A stretch of 35,543 bases of DNA from a virus (taxonomy: Duplodnaviria; Caudoviricetes): IMG/VR virus record IMGVR_UViG_3300031519_000090, positions 1 to 35,543 of that record; one strand, 5' to 3'. A model generated the notes under the pieces. It was not told the origin of the DNA and did no database searches. It worked only from the letters and a program-made list of their open reading frames with translations. The translations under genes were made by a program, and so were the position numbers. Each line of letters opens with the position of its first letter. The first letter of the stretch is position 1. This document shows positions 35,504-35,543 of the stretch, in pieces.

Positions 35504-35543
35504 CAAGAAGAAATTTTGGGATATTTTAAAGAGAATTCCTACA
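35490..35543 (+). CDS. Partial ORF at window edge (MSQISKKKFWDILKRIPT...)
   Basis: ATG at 35490 overlaps the end of the previous gene and is open to the edge; only 18 codons visible. Confidence 0.4.
   Translation, partial: MSQISKKKFWDILKRIPT

Overview
A slice of a large T4-related (likely jumbo, GAP32/Asteriusvirus-style) myophage genome, roughly 40% GC by eye. Positions ~1-32.6 kb are a leftward late structural operon: tube-initiator-like protein, gp53-like LysM protein, gp27-like hub, gp5-like spike ending in a peptidase S74 chaperone, gp25, gp6, a 4315-aa multidomain baseplate/receptor protein, three paralogous fibre proteins and a glycine-rich adhesin fused to a Hint domain. From ~32.7 kb a rightward unit encodes a gp55-like late sigma factor, gp47 nuclease and hypotheticals. 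The most unusual element is a cassette inside the fibre genes: Hint-fused adhesin, Asp/Asn beta-hydroxylase-like 2OG-Fe(II) enzyme, SDR, GNAT-like protein and an unannotated 58-aa protein. Together with 17 DGST motifs in the giant protein, this suggests a possible phage-encoded virion-modification system. Also seen: T4-type late promoters (NATAAATA), likely leaderless transcripts, and overlapping divergent sigma70/late promoters upstream of the sigma gene. All family calls come from motif recognition by eye; no database searches were run.
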